A DNA stretch of 63,661 nucleotides, filler included, from Octopus bimaculoides (lineage: Eukaryota): NCBI RefSeq assembly GCF_001194135.2. It is 6 parts of 5 records of this genome, joined end to end, with 100 filler letters (N's around TTAATTAATTAA, not from the genome) between each part and the next. Parts side by side here need not be neighbours in the genome. Positions count along the whole stretch, not along the records: positions 2,678 to 21,138 come from NC_068991.1; positions 21,239 to 35,861 come from NC_068983.1; 4 more parts are not named here. One strand, 5' to 3'. The stretch's first letter is position 1. Every line of letters begins with the position of its first letter. Shown here piece after piece: positions 11,221 to 25,064 of this stretch. The notes below the pieces were generated by a model that made no database searches, had not been told where the DNA came from, and worked only from the letters and a program-made list of their open reading frames with translations. The position numbers were made by a program, and so were the translations under genes.

Positions 11221-11230
11221 TATTTATATA
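11221..11230 (-). promoter_or_regulatory. Candidate TATA box (TATATAAATA) about 80 nt upstream of the signal-peptide ATG
   Basis: Plus-strand tatttatata at 11221-11230 reads TATATAAATA on the minus strand. The spacing allows a short 5' UTR. Confidence 0.45.
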
Positions 11231-12469
11231 GTCAGTTTAATCATTGCGTGGACACCTACCCTCTCAGTATCCACATCAATTCAGTCTATTGAAGAGAAGA
11301 AATTGTTGAATTAATATATCAAATAATTATTTTCATTATAAATAATTCACGAGTTTTTTCACTATTTTTAAATTGCTACTTGACATTTTAGGTGAAATAA
11401 CGAGGTATTTGCTTATTTATTTAATCCTTCTCATTAATTTTAATTGCTAAAGCTACAGAATCCATTCAATAAGAATTAGAACCAATCTCAATTGGTTACA
11501 TTCTAGGAGAATAAATAGTAAATTAGTAATAATCACTACAGACTAAAATTGATAATACAGTAATTCATTCTCTTCACCACTTTGTATAATTTTAGTTTCT
11601 GAAATAATTTTTCATCCATTACTTTCATAAAAGTCTCTCCAATCTCAGAAATGTCTGGAAAAGTTTTTAAAAAATACTATAACTGAACCATCATAATTCG
11701 CGAAACATGTATTTTGTCTTAGTTTAGTTAACCCCCACCGTTAACATGGATTTTACATTTAAAGTTAATGATCCAGAAGATTAAGATTAATGGAGATATC
11801 TATGCATCATTTACTTCAGCAGAGATTTTGCTAAGTGTGAATAATAAAATAATTAAAATTCTAATTTTAATGTTTTCATAGAAATGGAATTCATATTGTC
11901 ATTTTCCTAACGTGACTTGCAGCTTCTCCCCCTCATTCATTGTGCTCTTTTCTTTATTCAATATTTTAACATTCTCAGGGTGGTGAGCTGGCAAAATCGT
12001 CAGCACGCCGAGCGAAATGCTTAGTAGTATTTCGTCTAACGGTATTTCATTCTAAGTTCAGTCACCTCTAGACTGAAACAACTGTAAGTCATTATCCCAT
12101 TTTCTGCCACTATATGTTATTTTTTTAATTACTGATATGACATAGTATGTCACATGTGTTTGCATATTGTTAGTATTGTTCTTTAAGTAAACAAATAAAC
12201 AAGTAAATTGATACAATACAATGTCTGCAAGTTGATGAATACCACTTATTCACCTCCATTTTCTTATTGCTATATAAATTAATGGTAAAATATCTTTTTA
12301 CTCGCACCCATTTATTGAACTAGGTAATGCAATGAAAAAACACTAGTGTAATAATAATCGGGTATTCTTCCAGCAGTATATTGGATAGATATTATCCCTT
12401 AGTGGGTTGGATTAACCAACTACTGAGATTTGAAAAGGATTCTGCTTCAGTATGGTATGAGATCAATAG

Positions 12470-13990
12470 CAGATCAGTGAAATATTGAATGAGCAATACA
12501 AAAATATTTTCACAACTCCAATGGGGAACTTGCAAATTGTTTTTCCCAACGAGTTCTTCGGCACCACAGCTCTACACACAGAGATGGCAATTATTGATAA
12601 CATTGAAATAGAGGTAATGTCAGCCATTGATGAAATGAGCTCAAACTCAACGACAGACACTGAAGAATTCCCGGCAGTTTTCCTGAAGAAATGCAAAGGG
12701 GCTTTTGCAAGACCACTACAGATTCTCTTCCAGAGCTTCCTCGTTACTGGAAGACATCTTCAAAGGTTAAAGGAGAGCAAAATATGGCCTATCCACAAGA
12801 AAGGTAGCAGGGCAAATGCTAAAAATTATAGACCTGTGTCTCACCTCCCATGGCAGCAAAGTCATGGAACGCGTTGTCAGGAGGATATTGATCGTGTTCT
12901 TTGTAGAGAATGACTCGCTCGCTGACACTCAGCATGATTTCTGCTCAGGAAGAAGCTACCTTACACAGTTTTTGAAGAATTATGACAGGGTTTTGAAGCA
13001 ACTAATGAATCGCTCATCACTTGTTCGTTGACACTCAGCATAATTTCCGCTCAGGAAGAAGCTGCTTTATGCAGTTTTTGCAGAATTATTACAGGGTTTT
13101 GAAGCAAGTAATGAATCGCTCAAACGGGGATGTGATATATCTTGATTTGCAAAAGACCTTGATAAATTCGATCAGGGGTTGATATTTCACAAGCTACGGA
13201 AACTCGGAATAGTTGGAAAACTAGGAGAGTGATTACATGATTTAAATTACAGAAGCCAAGCAGTAGCAACCAATGGGGTCCTCTCCAAGGAGATAGTAAT
13301 AGAAAGTGGAGTAATTCAGGGAACTGTCATAGGCCGTTACTATTTATAGTGTCTCTCTCGGACATGCTATCAATTATACTGACAGTCACCCTTACTAACT
13401 ATGTTGACGACACAAAAGCAATACAAGTAGTCAAGGAAACTTCCAATGTTAACCTTCTACAGAAATACTTATTTACCATATATAAATAGGCTGAAGAATA
13501 TAACATACAAGTTAATGCAAGTAAATTCCAAGCCCTCCGCTGTCAGCTAGCTATTACTCACACGCTGTAACAACAATATTTTGAACCAAAAGAAGCTGCA
13601 ATCTCAGAGTCAAGTACAGTGCGTGATCTAGGGATTGATATGAGCGACGATACTTCGTTTCATGTACATAATATAGCTCTGATTTACTTTGGTATCAGAG
13701 TTATACTAACCTCCGAAATGGGACGTCACTGCACTGTTCCAAAAATCACAGGTATCCCGTCTAGAATGAGGAACATGTACTGCAATAGCTTGGAATTCAA
13801 GGGCCCACAGCTATTTAATGCCTTGCCAAGATGTCTGAAGGATTTTCATGGATTAGGGGTAGATGTTTTCAAGAAACAATTTGATTTCCTACTATCCAAG
13901 GTCTCAAGTGAACCTATATCACGGCAAGACACTCAAAAGAGAGCAGCAGTGTCGAACTCCCGCCTTCACCAAAAGTCAATCGCGTAAGAA
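12470..13990 (+). mobile_element. Degenerate CR1/L2-group LINE (RT and 3' end)
   Basis: PIHKKGSRANAKNYRPVS, SKVMER, RDLGIDMSDD and YCNSL.FKGPQLFNALP. It has an internal ~100-bp tandem duplication at 12915-13120. Confidence 0.85.
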
Positions 13991-14844
13991 TGGCTACTAA
14001 AAAAAGATAATGACACTGGCGATGCTCCAGCATAGCCGCAATGTTTGGGTTGAAACATAATAACGGGTCCTTTATTGCAAATAGCTGTTACGTGGTAGCA
14101 GGGCGTGATAGAAATAGCAGCCAAATCTTTGGAGGTTAGATACGGTGAATGCACACGAAAACAACATGTGGAAAAAAATTACTTCACACCGAGGTTACGA
14201 ACGGGTCTTTTACAAAACATTTACCATATTTTTAAAATAATTTTCACTTTAGAATATTTTTTATATATGCTAAAATAAAATTTTGCAATGGTTTTCACTT
14301 GAAAATAGTTTTTAAAAAGATTAAAATATTGTCTGTTTCAAAAAAGCTAAAATATAAATACTTACTGTACAAACTACTTAGATTTTTGAAATCACATTCA
14401 CTTAAAAACATTTGTAAATGATTAAAATATTGTGTTTAACAAAAGCGAAAATAGAAACATTTACTGTAAAAAACAACTCGTATTTTTTCGTTCGCAAGTC
14501 ATTAATACTTTTGCTTATCATAATCGAAAAGTTAGAGTTTCTTCTTTTTCAGGGTTAAGTTATTTTCGGGGTATTTTCCCATTATGCACTGTTTTGGGTA
14601 TTTATACCCCCCAAAACCCCCAATATCTCTAGAACCACTTGTCCGATTTAGGTGAAACTTGTTTTATTCTGCTTGTACTCTGTTTTATTCTGTTTGTATT
14701 CAAATTTCAGAAGGATTTTAATACATAGTTTTTTTTCCCATTATGCGCCAGGCTGGCTGTGTAACATTGCAAGCAATCAAGATTGAAGTTCATTTTTAAT
14801 ATAACACACACATACACACACACACACGCACACGCACACGCACG

Positions 14845-14887
<43 letters not shown>

Positions 14888-16339
14888 NNNNNNNNNNNNN
14901 NNNNNNNNNNNNNNNNNNNNNNNNNNNNNNNNNNNNNNNNNNNNNNNNNNNNNNNNNNNNNNNNNNNNNNNNNNNNNNNNNNNNNNNNNNNNNNNNNNNN
15001 NNNNNNNNNNNNNNNATATATACACGTTTACTGTATACATGCATATATAGGTTTATGTGTTTATATATTAACTTGAATAATACATCTATTAACGGATAGA
15101 ATATTTATTTTTTTATTGCCCACAGGGGGCTAAACATAGAGGGGCAAAGAAGGACAGACAAGGGCATTAAGTCGGTTAGATCGACCCCAGTGATTAACTG
15201 GTACTTATTTAATCGACCCCGATAGGATGAAAGGCAAAGTCAACCTCGACGGAATTTGAACTCAGAACGTACCGGCTGACGAAATACCGCTAGGCATTTC
15301 GCCCAGCGTGCTAATGTTTCTGTCAGATCGCCCAAATTTGAGTAAATACTAGCACATATGTAAACGATTAACACATATACATTGATATTTACTAGCATCC
15401 ACTAGCAAGTCAATGAAAATTATATAATTATAATGGTTTAATTACTATTCATTAGTCATTGTGAATTTTCCTAATTCATTTATTTGTCTATTTATTTATT
15501 TACTTTATTTTATTACATAATTATTTTCCCATAAAAATATAACACTATTTTGAATATTCATATTATTCATATATATATTTATAAGTGAGATTACTGTATT
15601 TTATTTTATTTGATATTCATTTTACATACTAATTTTATTTTCGTTACCAAATTCTTACACACAATATATATGAAATAACATCTTAAACTTTAGATGTTAA
15701 TTTGAATTCCTACAAGTAAGATGCAACCTTCGTTATTATTAAAACAAAAACCCCGAAGAGATTCTACCCCTTACAGCTTAAATTCTTAACGTTGGATCTA
15801 ACCCAAATGCTCTGAATAATGCATTACCAAGGGACCAAAATCGAAACATATGTAAGTTTTTTGAGTTTTCTATTGTGTTTATAAAAAAATTATCTATATT
15901 TATATCTTAAGAACAAACTATGATGCAAATGAATTAACTATACGTCTTTGACTCTCCATTTTCTTACATTATTAATTTTACCCCTATACATATATATATA
16001 TATATAGGAGGGGAGAATTTACGAAAAACAACAGACGAAGACAGGTGGTGTAAACAACAAATGGATGTATTAGTATAACGCTCGGAAATAGAGAAAGTCT
16101 TTAATGTTTCGAGCCTACGCTCTTCAACAGAAAGGAACACAGAAAGAAACAAGGAGAGAAAAAAAATATATGTGTAGTGGTCAGCGATCTATCATGGCAT
16201 ATATTTTTATGTATGTATGTATGTATGTATGTATTTATGTATGTATGTAAGTATGTATATGTACATGAATAAACACACATGTATGTGTGCGCGCATGGTT
16301 TAAGTGTGTGTGCATCAGTAGACCTCTGACAGAAAGACA

Positions 16340-17615
16340 AGGTTGTATAAAATATTTCATGTAGAAAATGAGTCATTTGTCATCATAAGAAAATATAAAG
16401 ATGAAATGTATGTAACTTTAAGCAATAATAAATTCTTGAAAATGTACTTGCTGTCAAATAAGAGATGCCAGAAATAAGATATAACCCACAAACGCCTCAT
16501 GATTGCGTAATTTTCACAAATATTATGTTCTTCCTAAAAACCAACTGGAGGTTTAAACTGATCCTTTCTTGCCTTTATCATGATTAAGGGGGCCACCCAG
16601 ACTCTCAGAACCCACGTCAATTCAGGATAAAGTTTGCAATCAGATGGGGACACCAACTAATTGCTTTTGTTACATATATATTGATAATAGATTATTAATT
16701 CTGAATTGGTACTTGACATTTAAGAGGAAATAACGAGGTAATTTAATTCTCATTAATTCTTATTGCTAAAGCTACAGAATCCGTTCAATAAAAATTAGAA
16801 GCAATCTTTATAGGTTACATTCAGGGAAACTAAATACTATAATAGTAATAATCAGCATAGATTAAAATTTAAAATAATTTATATTCTTTTCTACACCGTA
16901 TTATTTTAGTTTCTGAAATAGTTTTCAGCCATTCCTCCCATAAATTTCTCTCCAACAAAAAAAACAAAAACTATCCATTTGATCAACCATAAGCAGATAC
17001 AGCATATTTCTTTGCTTAAACTAATTACAATGAGCCAGGGCAGTTTTTAAAATTTATTACATTTTAGGTCATTGTCAATAGGCAAGTATTTCTTCTACTA
17101 AATTACTATAACATAAAATACTATAACCAAAATATTATAACTTGCTAGAAATGTATTATAACTTAATTTAGTTAACCCTTACCTCTAACGTGGTTTCTGT
17201 ATTCAAAGTTATTCAATGATTTTAAATAATAGTTTGGAATTCGCACAAAAGAGTAACAATGCTTCTCCTTTATTTGAGAGGTATTTAATAAAGATAAACC
17301 CACAAATTAACTATATTTCAAACAGTAACCATCTCTGGGCTGATTTAATATTCCAGTAAAAAAACTTTGGATGTAAATGTAAACTTAATACTAGGGATCA
17401 AGAAAATTAATGTTAATGGAGACTTCTATGCATCATTTACTTCAGCAAAGATTTTGTGAAGTCTAGAATGAATAATAAAATGTTCCAGATTATAATTTTA
17501 ATGTATTTTCATAAATATGGGGGTTTTTATGGCCATTTTTCTAACATGAATTAGAGCAACTCCCTTTCGTTCATTGTGCTATTAATTCTTGTTTCTATAT
17601 TTTAACATTGTTAAC
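16340..17615 (-). repeat. Segmental duplicate, copy 2, with internal insertions
   Basis: Homologous to 10985-11965 in the same orientation. Confidence 0.85.
16452..16500 (-). pseudogene. Second copy of the signal-peptide exon (MRRLWVISYFWHLLFD) with a GC donor
   Basis: Same 49-nt length and phase as 11097-11145. The donor is GCAAGT instead of GTAAGT. No downstream catalytic exon of its own is visible. Confidence 0.55.
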
Positions 17616-18179
17616 TCTTTTCTCAATTATTGTTACCTTTAAAAAATCCCAAATATGATTTCAGTCTTGAAAACAACGCAGATGCAGGTGAGAACATACT
17701 CACCATTAAGTAAATAATTTTGAAATTTATAATCTTTCTTTTGGGTCTATCTTAACAACATGTCTATATGATTAAACTAATGCAAACTGCATGAGAATTC
17801 AAGACTCTTTAACCATAAAACACCTGCGTGAACTAGGAAATGTGTCTAAAGTATGCCAGTGGGTCCTTTACTATTGGAAAGAGAGGAGGGTCAGTCCACC
17901 AGTAGATTAGTGATTGGAGTATGTCAGGTAAAGATTAAGTTGGAAAATATGGACAGGGGACCACCTACACGTGGCCCAGTGACTGGAATATGTCTATGAT
18001 TGATTGATTGAACTGGAAGATAGAGAGAGATGACAACCTACATATAGAACAGTTACTGTTGTATGTTTGTTAGTGATTGAATAAGAAAAATCAAGTGAGA
18101 AGGCAGGTTACATAGGGGTGCATGTCTGTTAGCGACTGCATAGGAAGTGAGAGAGAGGAAATGCTTCACCAATGCATGT

Positions 18180-19445
18180 CTGTTGTATTTCTGATAACAC
18201 TGGTCAGCAATTTTTTGAAAAGTTGTGTGTTTCTTAAATGAGATAGCTAATTCCTACGTATTTTCATGTCCTGAATCCAAATATCACCTTGAAAGATGCA
18301 TATTAGCTACAGGCTTAGAGGTACATGACATGTAATATTTGATTATTTTATTGCAACGTACAATATGTGTCATTATGTTTAAAGCGCTAGTCCGTATCTA
18401 CTCTCTGCCTTTTTGCTTGACGCTTACAGAGGGCTGAAGAATAATCTCTTGCCAATGTCCAGCGAGCAGCGGTTTGCTCCATTTGCCCCGGTAACACTTG
18501 TCCGTAGGTGAAATATCTTGGTGAAACCCTTACTTTGATACTTAGCTTAGGCCAGTATTGGCTCAGGCCATATCTATCTTAATAGCACCGCCTTGACCAT
18601 ATTCGTCACTAATTGTTCCACAGTTCGCTGGAAAAAAAGTCTAAATGTGAGTCCAAAACGTGGATTTAACTTGGCATGTTACATCCCATGTTCTTGTACG
18701 CCTTGATGAGGTTTTCCATCAATGCTTCATACTTCCCTTCCCTTCTGCTTCCGAGAAATCCCTTCACAACTAACTTGAATACTTCCCAAGCATGTTTCTC
18801 CTCCCCACGATGGGCTGATTCAAAGTTACTATCTTTAAGAAGCTATCGAATCTGAGGACCAACGAAGGCTCCCTCTTTTTTCTTAACGTCGCTCAGTAGT
18901 GGGGCGGGGTGAAATTTTAATGTTAAATAGCTGAATCCCTGACCGGATTTGTCCATAGCTTTTACAAAGTTTTTCATGATCCTCAGTTTTATGTGTAGTG
19001 GTGGTAGCAAAATTTTGTTTGGTTCAGTGAGAGATGGATGTTGAACATTTTTCATCTCAGGCTTCAATGATTGATGAGGTGGCCAGTCTCTCCTGATACA
19101 GTGGGAACCTCTTGCATGGCTGTCTCATTCATACAGAAAGCAGCAGTACTTGGTGTATCCGCCCTGCAAGCCCATCACAAAAGCAACAGCCCTTAATTCA
19201 TCATAGAGCTGCCATTGATATTCACTATATTTTATGCATTGCAGCATAAGCTTTATATTATCATAAGTTTCTTTCATACGTGATGCATAGCCCACAGGAA
19301 CTGAAGGTTCACTATTGCCATTATGCAACACGACACCGTTCAGGCAAGTTTTTCATGAATCTATGAACAGCCTTCAGTCACTGGGTTCGTATTCAATATC
19401 AAGTGCTTCCATCAGACCATTAATATTGTTACATCTGAGTTCCTG
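18180..19445 (-). mobile_element. Degenerate DNA transposon (transposase family often labelled TcMar-m44; assignment tentative)
   Basis: LLPPLHIKL.IMKNFVKAMDK.G.GF.YL...KEGAFVGPQIR and LHNGN..PSVPV...GLQGGYTKYCCFL.E. Confidence 0.75.
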
Positions 19446-19559
19446 GAAGCAAATCTTGCGGACCTGTCCAGGATGAGCGAGAGACTGAGCCCGACGCTCT
19501 TCCTCATGAGGAATTGCTTTGCTCTGACTCGGCTGCCTTTTCTGGCAGAGCAGTGAGCC

Positions 19560-20650
19560 ATCATACCACGTCAGAGATTGTCATGGTGACTTTGATAACA
19601 CCATCCAGCGCTGTACCGAACTGATCTGCAATGTCAGTTTTGAAAACATCGGCTGGCAACAGAACAAACTGCCAATTAGATTCTGCAGCCTTGGTCTCCG
19701 AGTTGCAGTGGTAATGGCTCTGCCGGTATATTTCTCCTCGGTCTCCTCCAGTTGCACCCTTCTTGGTGAAATTCTCCATGGGATAGCCGAACCTGATGTG
19801 GATCAGGTACCGGAGTCAGCCCTTGCCGATTGTACCACTGATTGCTTGTAGTCCCCCAGGATATGGATGCCCATCGCAATTGGGATGACATCAAATGCAA
19901 GACATCACTTGACCAGCACCGCCTTGCCTGCCTCCGTTCTGCCTTGCAGCCAAATAGTGGCACATGGCTCAATCCGGTGCCCTCCTCATCTATTAGTACC
20001 TTTCTAGATGATGAGTGCACCCGTATCGGGGTGGCCCAATGCCTCGGTCACCGCATTTGCGAGCCGCACAGTTGACGCTGCTGAGCGACGGTAGATAAAT
20101 TTTGGCCTGTACCCTTTATCCTGCAGTCTTTATCCTGCAGTCTTTATCCTGATTCCCTCATCACGCCACCCTGAATGACATAATCAGAAAGTGCTTTGAT
20201 GCGGCTGGTTTCCTGTCTCAACTTGAGGTTGCAGGTCTCGACCGCGAGTACGGTAAGCACCCCGACGAGATAATCCCCTTCTCATCCGAGGCAGGCAGAT
20301 CCTAGTTCGTGACTCGACGTGCAGCAACACGTTCTCCGGCTCCAACCTCGCCGCTCATAACGCAGAGGAGAGAAAAATCAATAAATACTACTGATTTTGG
20401 CCGCAACAAATAGGGATAGCAGTGACCCGTCGGGGAAATGAGCCTCGCGACGTGGTGGGTCTACTGGAGAGCTTGCCGTTTGCTATTCTCGCGGTAATGC
20501 CATTGCGGTCGAAACAACAGAGTGCAGCTGAATAACCCTTTTGTTCTGGGATATATAGCTCATTGCCTCTCCTCCTCCGTCTTCTGTTCCTTTGCCACAC
20601 TTTTTTCGTACATTTTTTCTTTGTTTTTTTTCTTTCACCTTTTATAGTTT
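19560..20650 (+). mobile_element. CRE-clade non-LTR retrotransposon 3' fragment, with an apparently inverted 5' piece
   Basis: RLACL...SGTWLNPVPSSS..T.LDDEC.RIGVA..LG.RICEPH, H.TLNDII and GLDR..GK.PD motifs. Region 19560-19845 resembles upstream RT sequence on the minus strand. Confidence 0.7.
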
Positions 20651-20719
20651 ATATAAGTACTTAAACTATAACTAAATTATTATAACATGGAAAGTCACGA
20701 AGATCAGGATCAGGAGATC

Positions 20720-21138
20720 AGCTATTTGTATGTAATTGTTGCTTGTACAGATGAGACAGTTCAGCTAGCAAAAGACCATTATTGCCTGCCTCTAGGGTGA
20801 GACTAGGGTGTCGTTGCCGAGCCTCGGAGGTGTACCGCGAACTGGTCAGCCAAGCAGCGTCCCGTTTGATCGATGTACAGAGAAAGACAGAAAGAGCAGG
20901 AGGTGCAGTAAATGATGTTGCTAAAAGTGCATATAAAGGAGTCAGGGATATGATAAGGAAGATCATGGGTGCCTGTAAGGATGGTGGTGTTGGAAAGGTA
21001 GGGGCAAGTGCGGCAGCGTGAGCGAGAGCAGGGGAACGAGCCAGTTTGGGAGGTGGGGTTAGGGAAGAAAGTGTGGACCAGGCGGTCACATAGGCTATGG
21101 GCTCATTTGAAAGAGGGGAGGGGTAGGTTGGGGAAGAT
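20720..21138 (-). mobile_element. Penelope-like element, GIY-YIG endonuclease fragment
   Basis: A frame not shown in the ORF track reads GSFPCSRSRCRTCPY...FICTFSNIIYC.SC..C.SLYI.QTGR.LAD.FA.H. Confidence 0.8.
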
Positions 21139-21320
21139 NNNNNNNNNNNNNNNNNNNNNNNNNNNNNNNNNNNNNNNNNNNNTTAATTAATTAANNNNNN
21201 NNNNNNNNNNNNNNNNNNNNNNNNNNNNNNNNNNNNNNTTTCGCCCCCCTCGAAAAGAAAAACTCTACATTTGTATTTTGTCCCCTCTGTGTTGAGCCCT
21301 GTGTGGCTAATAAAGAAACA

Positions 21321-21371
<51 letters not shown>

Positions 21372-21479
21372 TTATCCATTTGTCTTCTGTCTGTCTGTTT
21401 GTCTCCTTTGTGTCTGTATTACGGATGTGTGCACGCACGCGCCCGTACACACACACACTTACACACACACCCACACAAA

Positions 21480-21522
<43 letters not shown>

Positions 21523-21922
21523 CGGCGATCGATAGCCCAAGGGAGACAATACTCTTTGTTGACATTGTGTGCGGGATCCTTTCTTCGTCCATATTCTAGA
21601 GGCTTTAAACCAAAGGAGACCTTAAGCCAGTTCGTTTTGAGATCTGATGATACGCCATACAGATAAGCCGTTTATGAACGGGAGAGCTAAGGTAATCCCA
21701 TTAACCAACTTTATGTAAATTTAGTATATACATACATCTCTCNNNNNNNNNNNNNNNNNNNNNNNNNNNNNNNNNNNNNNNNNNNNNNNNNNNNNNNNNN
21801 NNNNNNNNNNNNNATATATATATATATGTATGCACATATAATACAATAGGCTTAACATGGATGATATTCTAACAGTAAAAATACTCCGTAAACAATTCAG
21901 GTGCGACAACTTATATACGGTA

Positions 21923-21981
<59 letters not shown>

Positions 21982-22035
21982 TTATCTATCTATCTTACAA
22001 TCTAATTGTCGGTATGTCTGTTTCTCTATGTGTGT

Positions 22036-22098
<63 letters not shown>

Positions 22099-22099
22099 T

Positions 22100-22440
22100 A
22101 CACAGAAGCTTCTTCCTGATCATCGTCGTGTTCATTCCACTGTCATAGAAAGTATTAACAATAACATAGGAGGATTTTATTTCTTAGATGCTCCAGAAGG
22201 TCCTTGGAAACGTGTGTAATAAAACTCCTCCTGGCTAAAGTTCATCAAGAAAATAAAATAGCTTTAGCTACTGCTACTACTGGGATTGCAGCCGTATTAC
22301 TACACGGGGGACGGACTGCCCATTTAACATTCATGTTACGTTTAGATTTATCTAACAAAGAAGATCTACGTTGTAATATATATAAAAATTCTGGAATGGG
22401 TAATCTAATACAAATATGTTGCTTAATTGTCTTTCTGTTT
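22100..22440 (+). mobile_element. Degenerate Helitron helicase fragment
   Basis: FYFLDAPEG and ALATATTGIAAVLLHGGRTAH. Confidence 0.8.
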
Positions 22441-22593
22441 AATATCCACACCAACCGTCAATCTACTACTGCCCTCATCGTCTCTATGCCTACTATTACT
22501 CTCAACCTAATGTGAGGAATAGTAGAAGTGTTATTAGATACTGAGAGATGGGACACACTTACACACAGAAATTCGTTTTGGCATTTATTATTA

Positions 22594-22690
<97 letters not shown>

Positions 22691-23410
22691 CACTCAATAA
22701 ATATACACTCGGCCTGAAGAGTAGCATCCGGTATACACCTCGCTTAGATATTTACCAGATCTGAGGTTCCGCTTGCTATGAAACATATGTAGCCCGGATC
22801 TTGTCAAGTCCATTCCTGAACTCTTGTATTCGTATTCGCATGCTCGGTAAATAGAGTCGCCTACCGTGAAATATAAAACGAACTTCTTTTCAGTTATCTT
22901 CGATACGAAAATATCCACAACCTTCCGATTCAGTAAACCACTATCGTCTCTGAAAGTTGCTTTTTGTATTTACTATGGATTGCTTGAGCTAGCCTTCTTC
23001 CTACACCTCGATCTTTGGATCAATTAACAGCGGGTAATCGCTGAATGTTACTTTTATGCATTATATACATTATCCCTTTAATAAAACCCAACACTAGCTG
23101 TTTATGGTATTCAACTATGTATATGCAGTACATTAGCTCTCTTCTTTTATAAAATCGATGTTGCCTGAACTGGTCCAGGATATATCAACTATTAGGTGCT
23201 AAAGAGATCGCTGAACAACGTGAGATGTATCGTTTCGCTCAAGAACACAATACATCACGCGGTCTAGCAATTAAAATCCACAATCTCGCAATCGTGAGTA
23301 CAACGACCTAACCTCCAGGCATTACATTGTCTGTCTCTTTCTCTCTTTTTACTCTCTCTCTATCTCTGTCTGTCTCTCTCTCTGTGTCTGTATGTCTGTC
23401 TGTCTCTCTT

Positions 23411-23443
<33 letters not shown>

Positions 23444-24533
23444 GACACACACATCACGAGCATATATATAAATGAATATACACATCAATGTCGAGGATAA
23501 ACTGAGAATGATTTTCGAGCTATGAACTTCGTGATATAATTTATGCACCATCTTAGACGTTCTTACTTGTGTGTCACTAAAGAGAACCCATGTTTGTAAT
23601 CGAACGACATTTCATTCACCAGTTGCAATATAACAAAGCAAGCCAAACCAACTCGCACATATGCACATACAATCACTCACGCACACATGCATACACACAG
23701 GAGTACACAGACACACATACATATGTATAGACTTGTACGCCTCTTTGATATATGCATATATGTGTATGTGTAGATGTGTGATTGCATATACACTTATGTA
23801 TGTATATTTGTGAGCGTATATATATATATATAGTGCACACACAAACACACACATACATATATATATACGATGCGTATCCTGCATTGTTTGTAGAGTGTTA
23901 CGTTGCTGTAGGGAATTGAATTTTTTCTTAATATATTTATATTTATGTTTCGTTCATGACGGATTTCATATATTCACAAGATTGCCGTGTATTCAAGCTC
24001 AGCATAACATGTAAGTGAATCTATAAAATACATTTGGATGTTTCTCTTCTACGTTTGAATTTAGAAAGTAAATGCCAATGAGAAATATTAAGACGGATCT
24101 AATATCAAAATTACTTTTCTGCTCACGTTGTATTTTCCACAGTTATCTTCAACAAGAATGTTGAAGCTTTCTGTTTAATATCCAACAATACTGCTGTATA
24201 CGAAAAAAACACAGTGACTTGTATACTTTGGGATTATGTTTACTTTTTTTTAATTCTTTTTTACATATTATGAATTTCTTTTGTCTTTTCTCATGGCGAC
24301 GAAAAACAATTCTATATGAAGTATTGAATTGCATATAATATAAATAATATCATTTCTACTGTTGTACGCTTATGTATTGTTTATTATAAAAATACTGTAT
24401 GTTAGAAATCAATATNNNNNNNNNNNNNNNNNNNNNNNNNNNNNNNNNNNNNNNNNNNNNNNNNNNNNNNNNNNNNNNNNNNNNNNNNNNNNNNNNNNNN
24501 NNNNNNNNNNNNNNNNNNNNNNNNNNNNNNNNN

Positions 24534-24575
<42 letters not shown>

Positions 24576-25064
24576 CCAATGTGTACGTGTATATATATAT
24601 ATATATACACACACAAACACACACAGGTGTGTATATATATTTATATACCTATATAAATCTAGCTATCTATCTATATGTATCACTCTCTCTCTCTCTGCAT
24701 AGATATGTATGTGTTTGAGAGTGTGTGCGTTTGTATGTGTGTGTGTGTATGTATGTTTACATGTATATAATATAACCAATAGAAAGTAAAAGGAGAGCTT
24801 TATATAATTTTGCTTTTTATACACATTGTCTACGAATATTTTGTCTCCAGAGGTTGCTTCCGTAGTGTCAGTCTTTCCAGGTATTGGTGTACACGAATGT
24901 GCTGGATATAATTATACACACCGCTATGTAGCTTGAACTCACAATGTCTTGAGGAATATGATGCCCTTGAAAAGTTGATCAAATAAATTAATTAAATCAA
25001 TAAAATATGTAGAGGTGGCTTTATTCACGTTGATTATCAAGGAAAGAATTTAACGTTATAATAC

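Larger units (their letters stand above)
10985..11965 (-). repeat. Segmental duplicate, copy 1 (upstream region, exon 1 and intron start)
   Basis: Collinear blocks shared with 16340-17615 include ctataaaat.tttcatgta, tacttgacatttta, attgctaaagctacagaatcc and ctatgcatcatttacttcagca. Confidence 0.85.

Noticed and set aside
11770-11850. Conserved block reading EVNDA*ISP on the minus strand, reminiscent of the M4 VNGAYSP segment
   Set aside because: There is a stop at the same position in both duplicate copies and no flanking similarity. It is treated as conserved non-coding sequence.
16085-16140. Other hammerhead-like strings (here, about 355-410, 60715-60750 and 61720-61750)
   Set aside because: The core CUGAnGA or stem II is broken. 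They may be decayed pLTRs but are not supportable as ribozymes.
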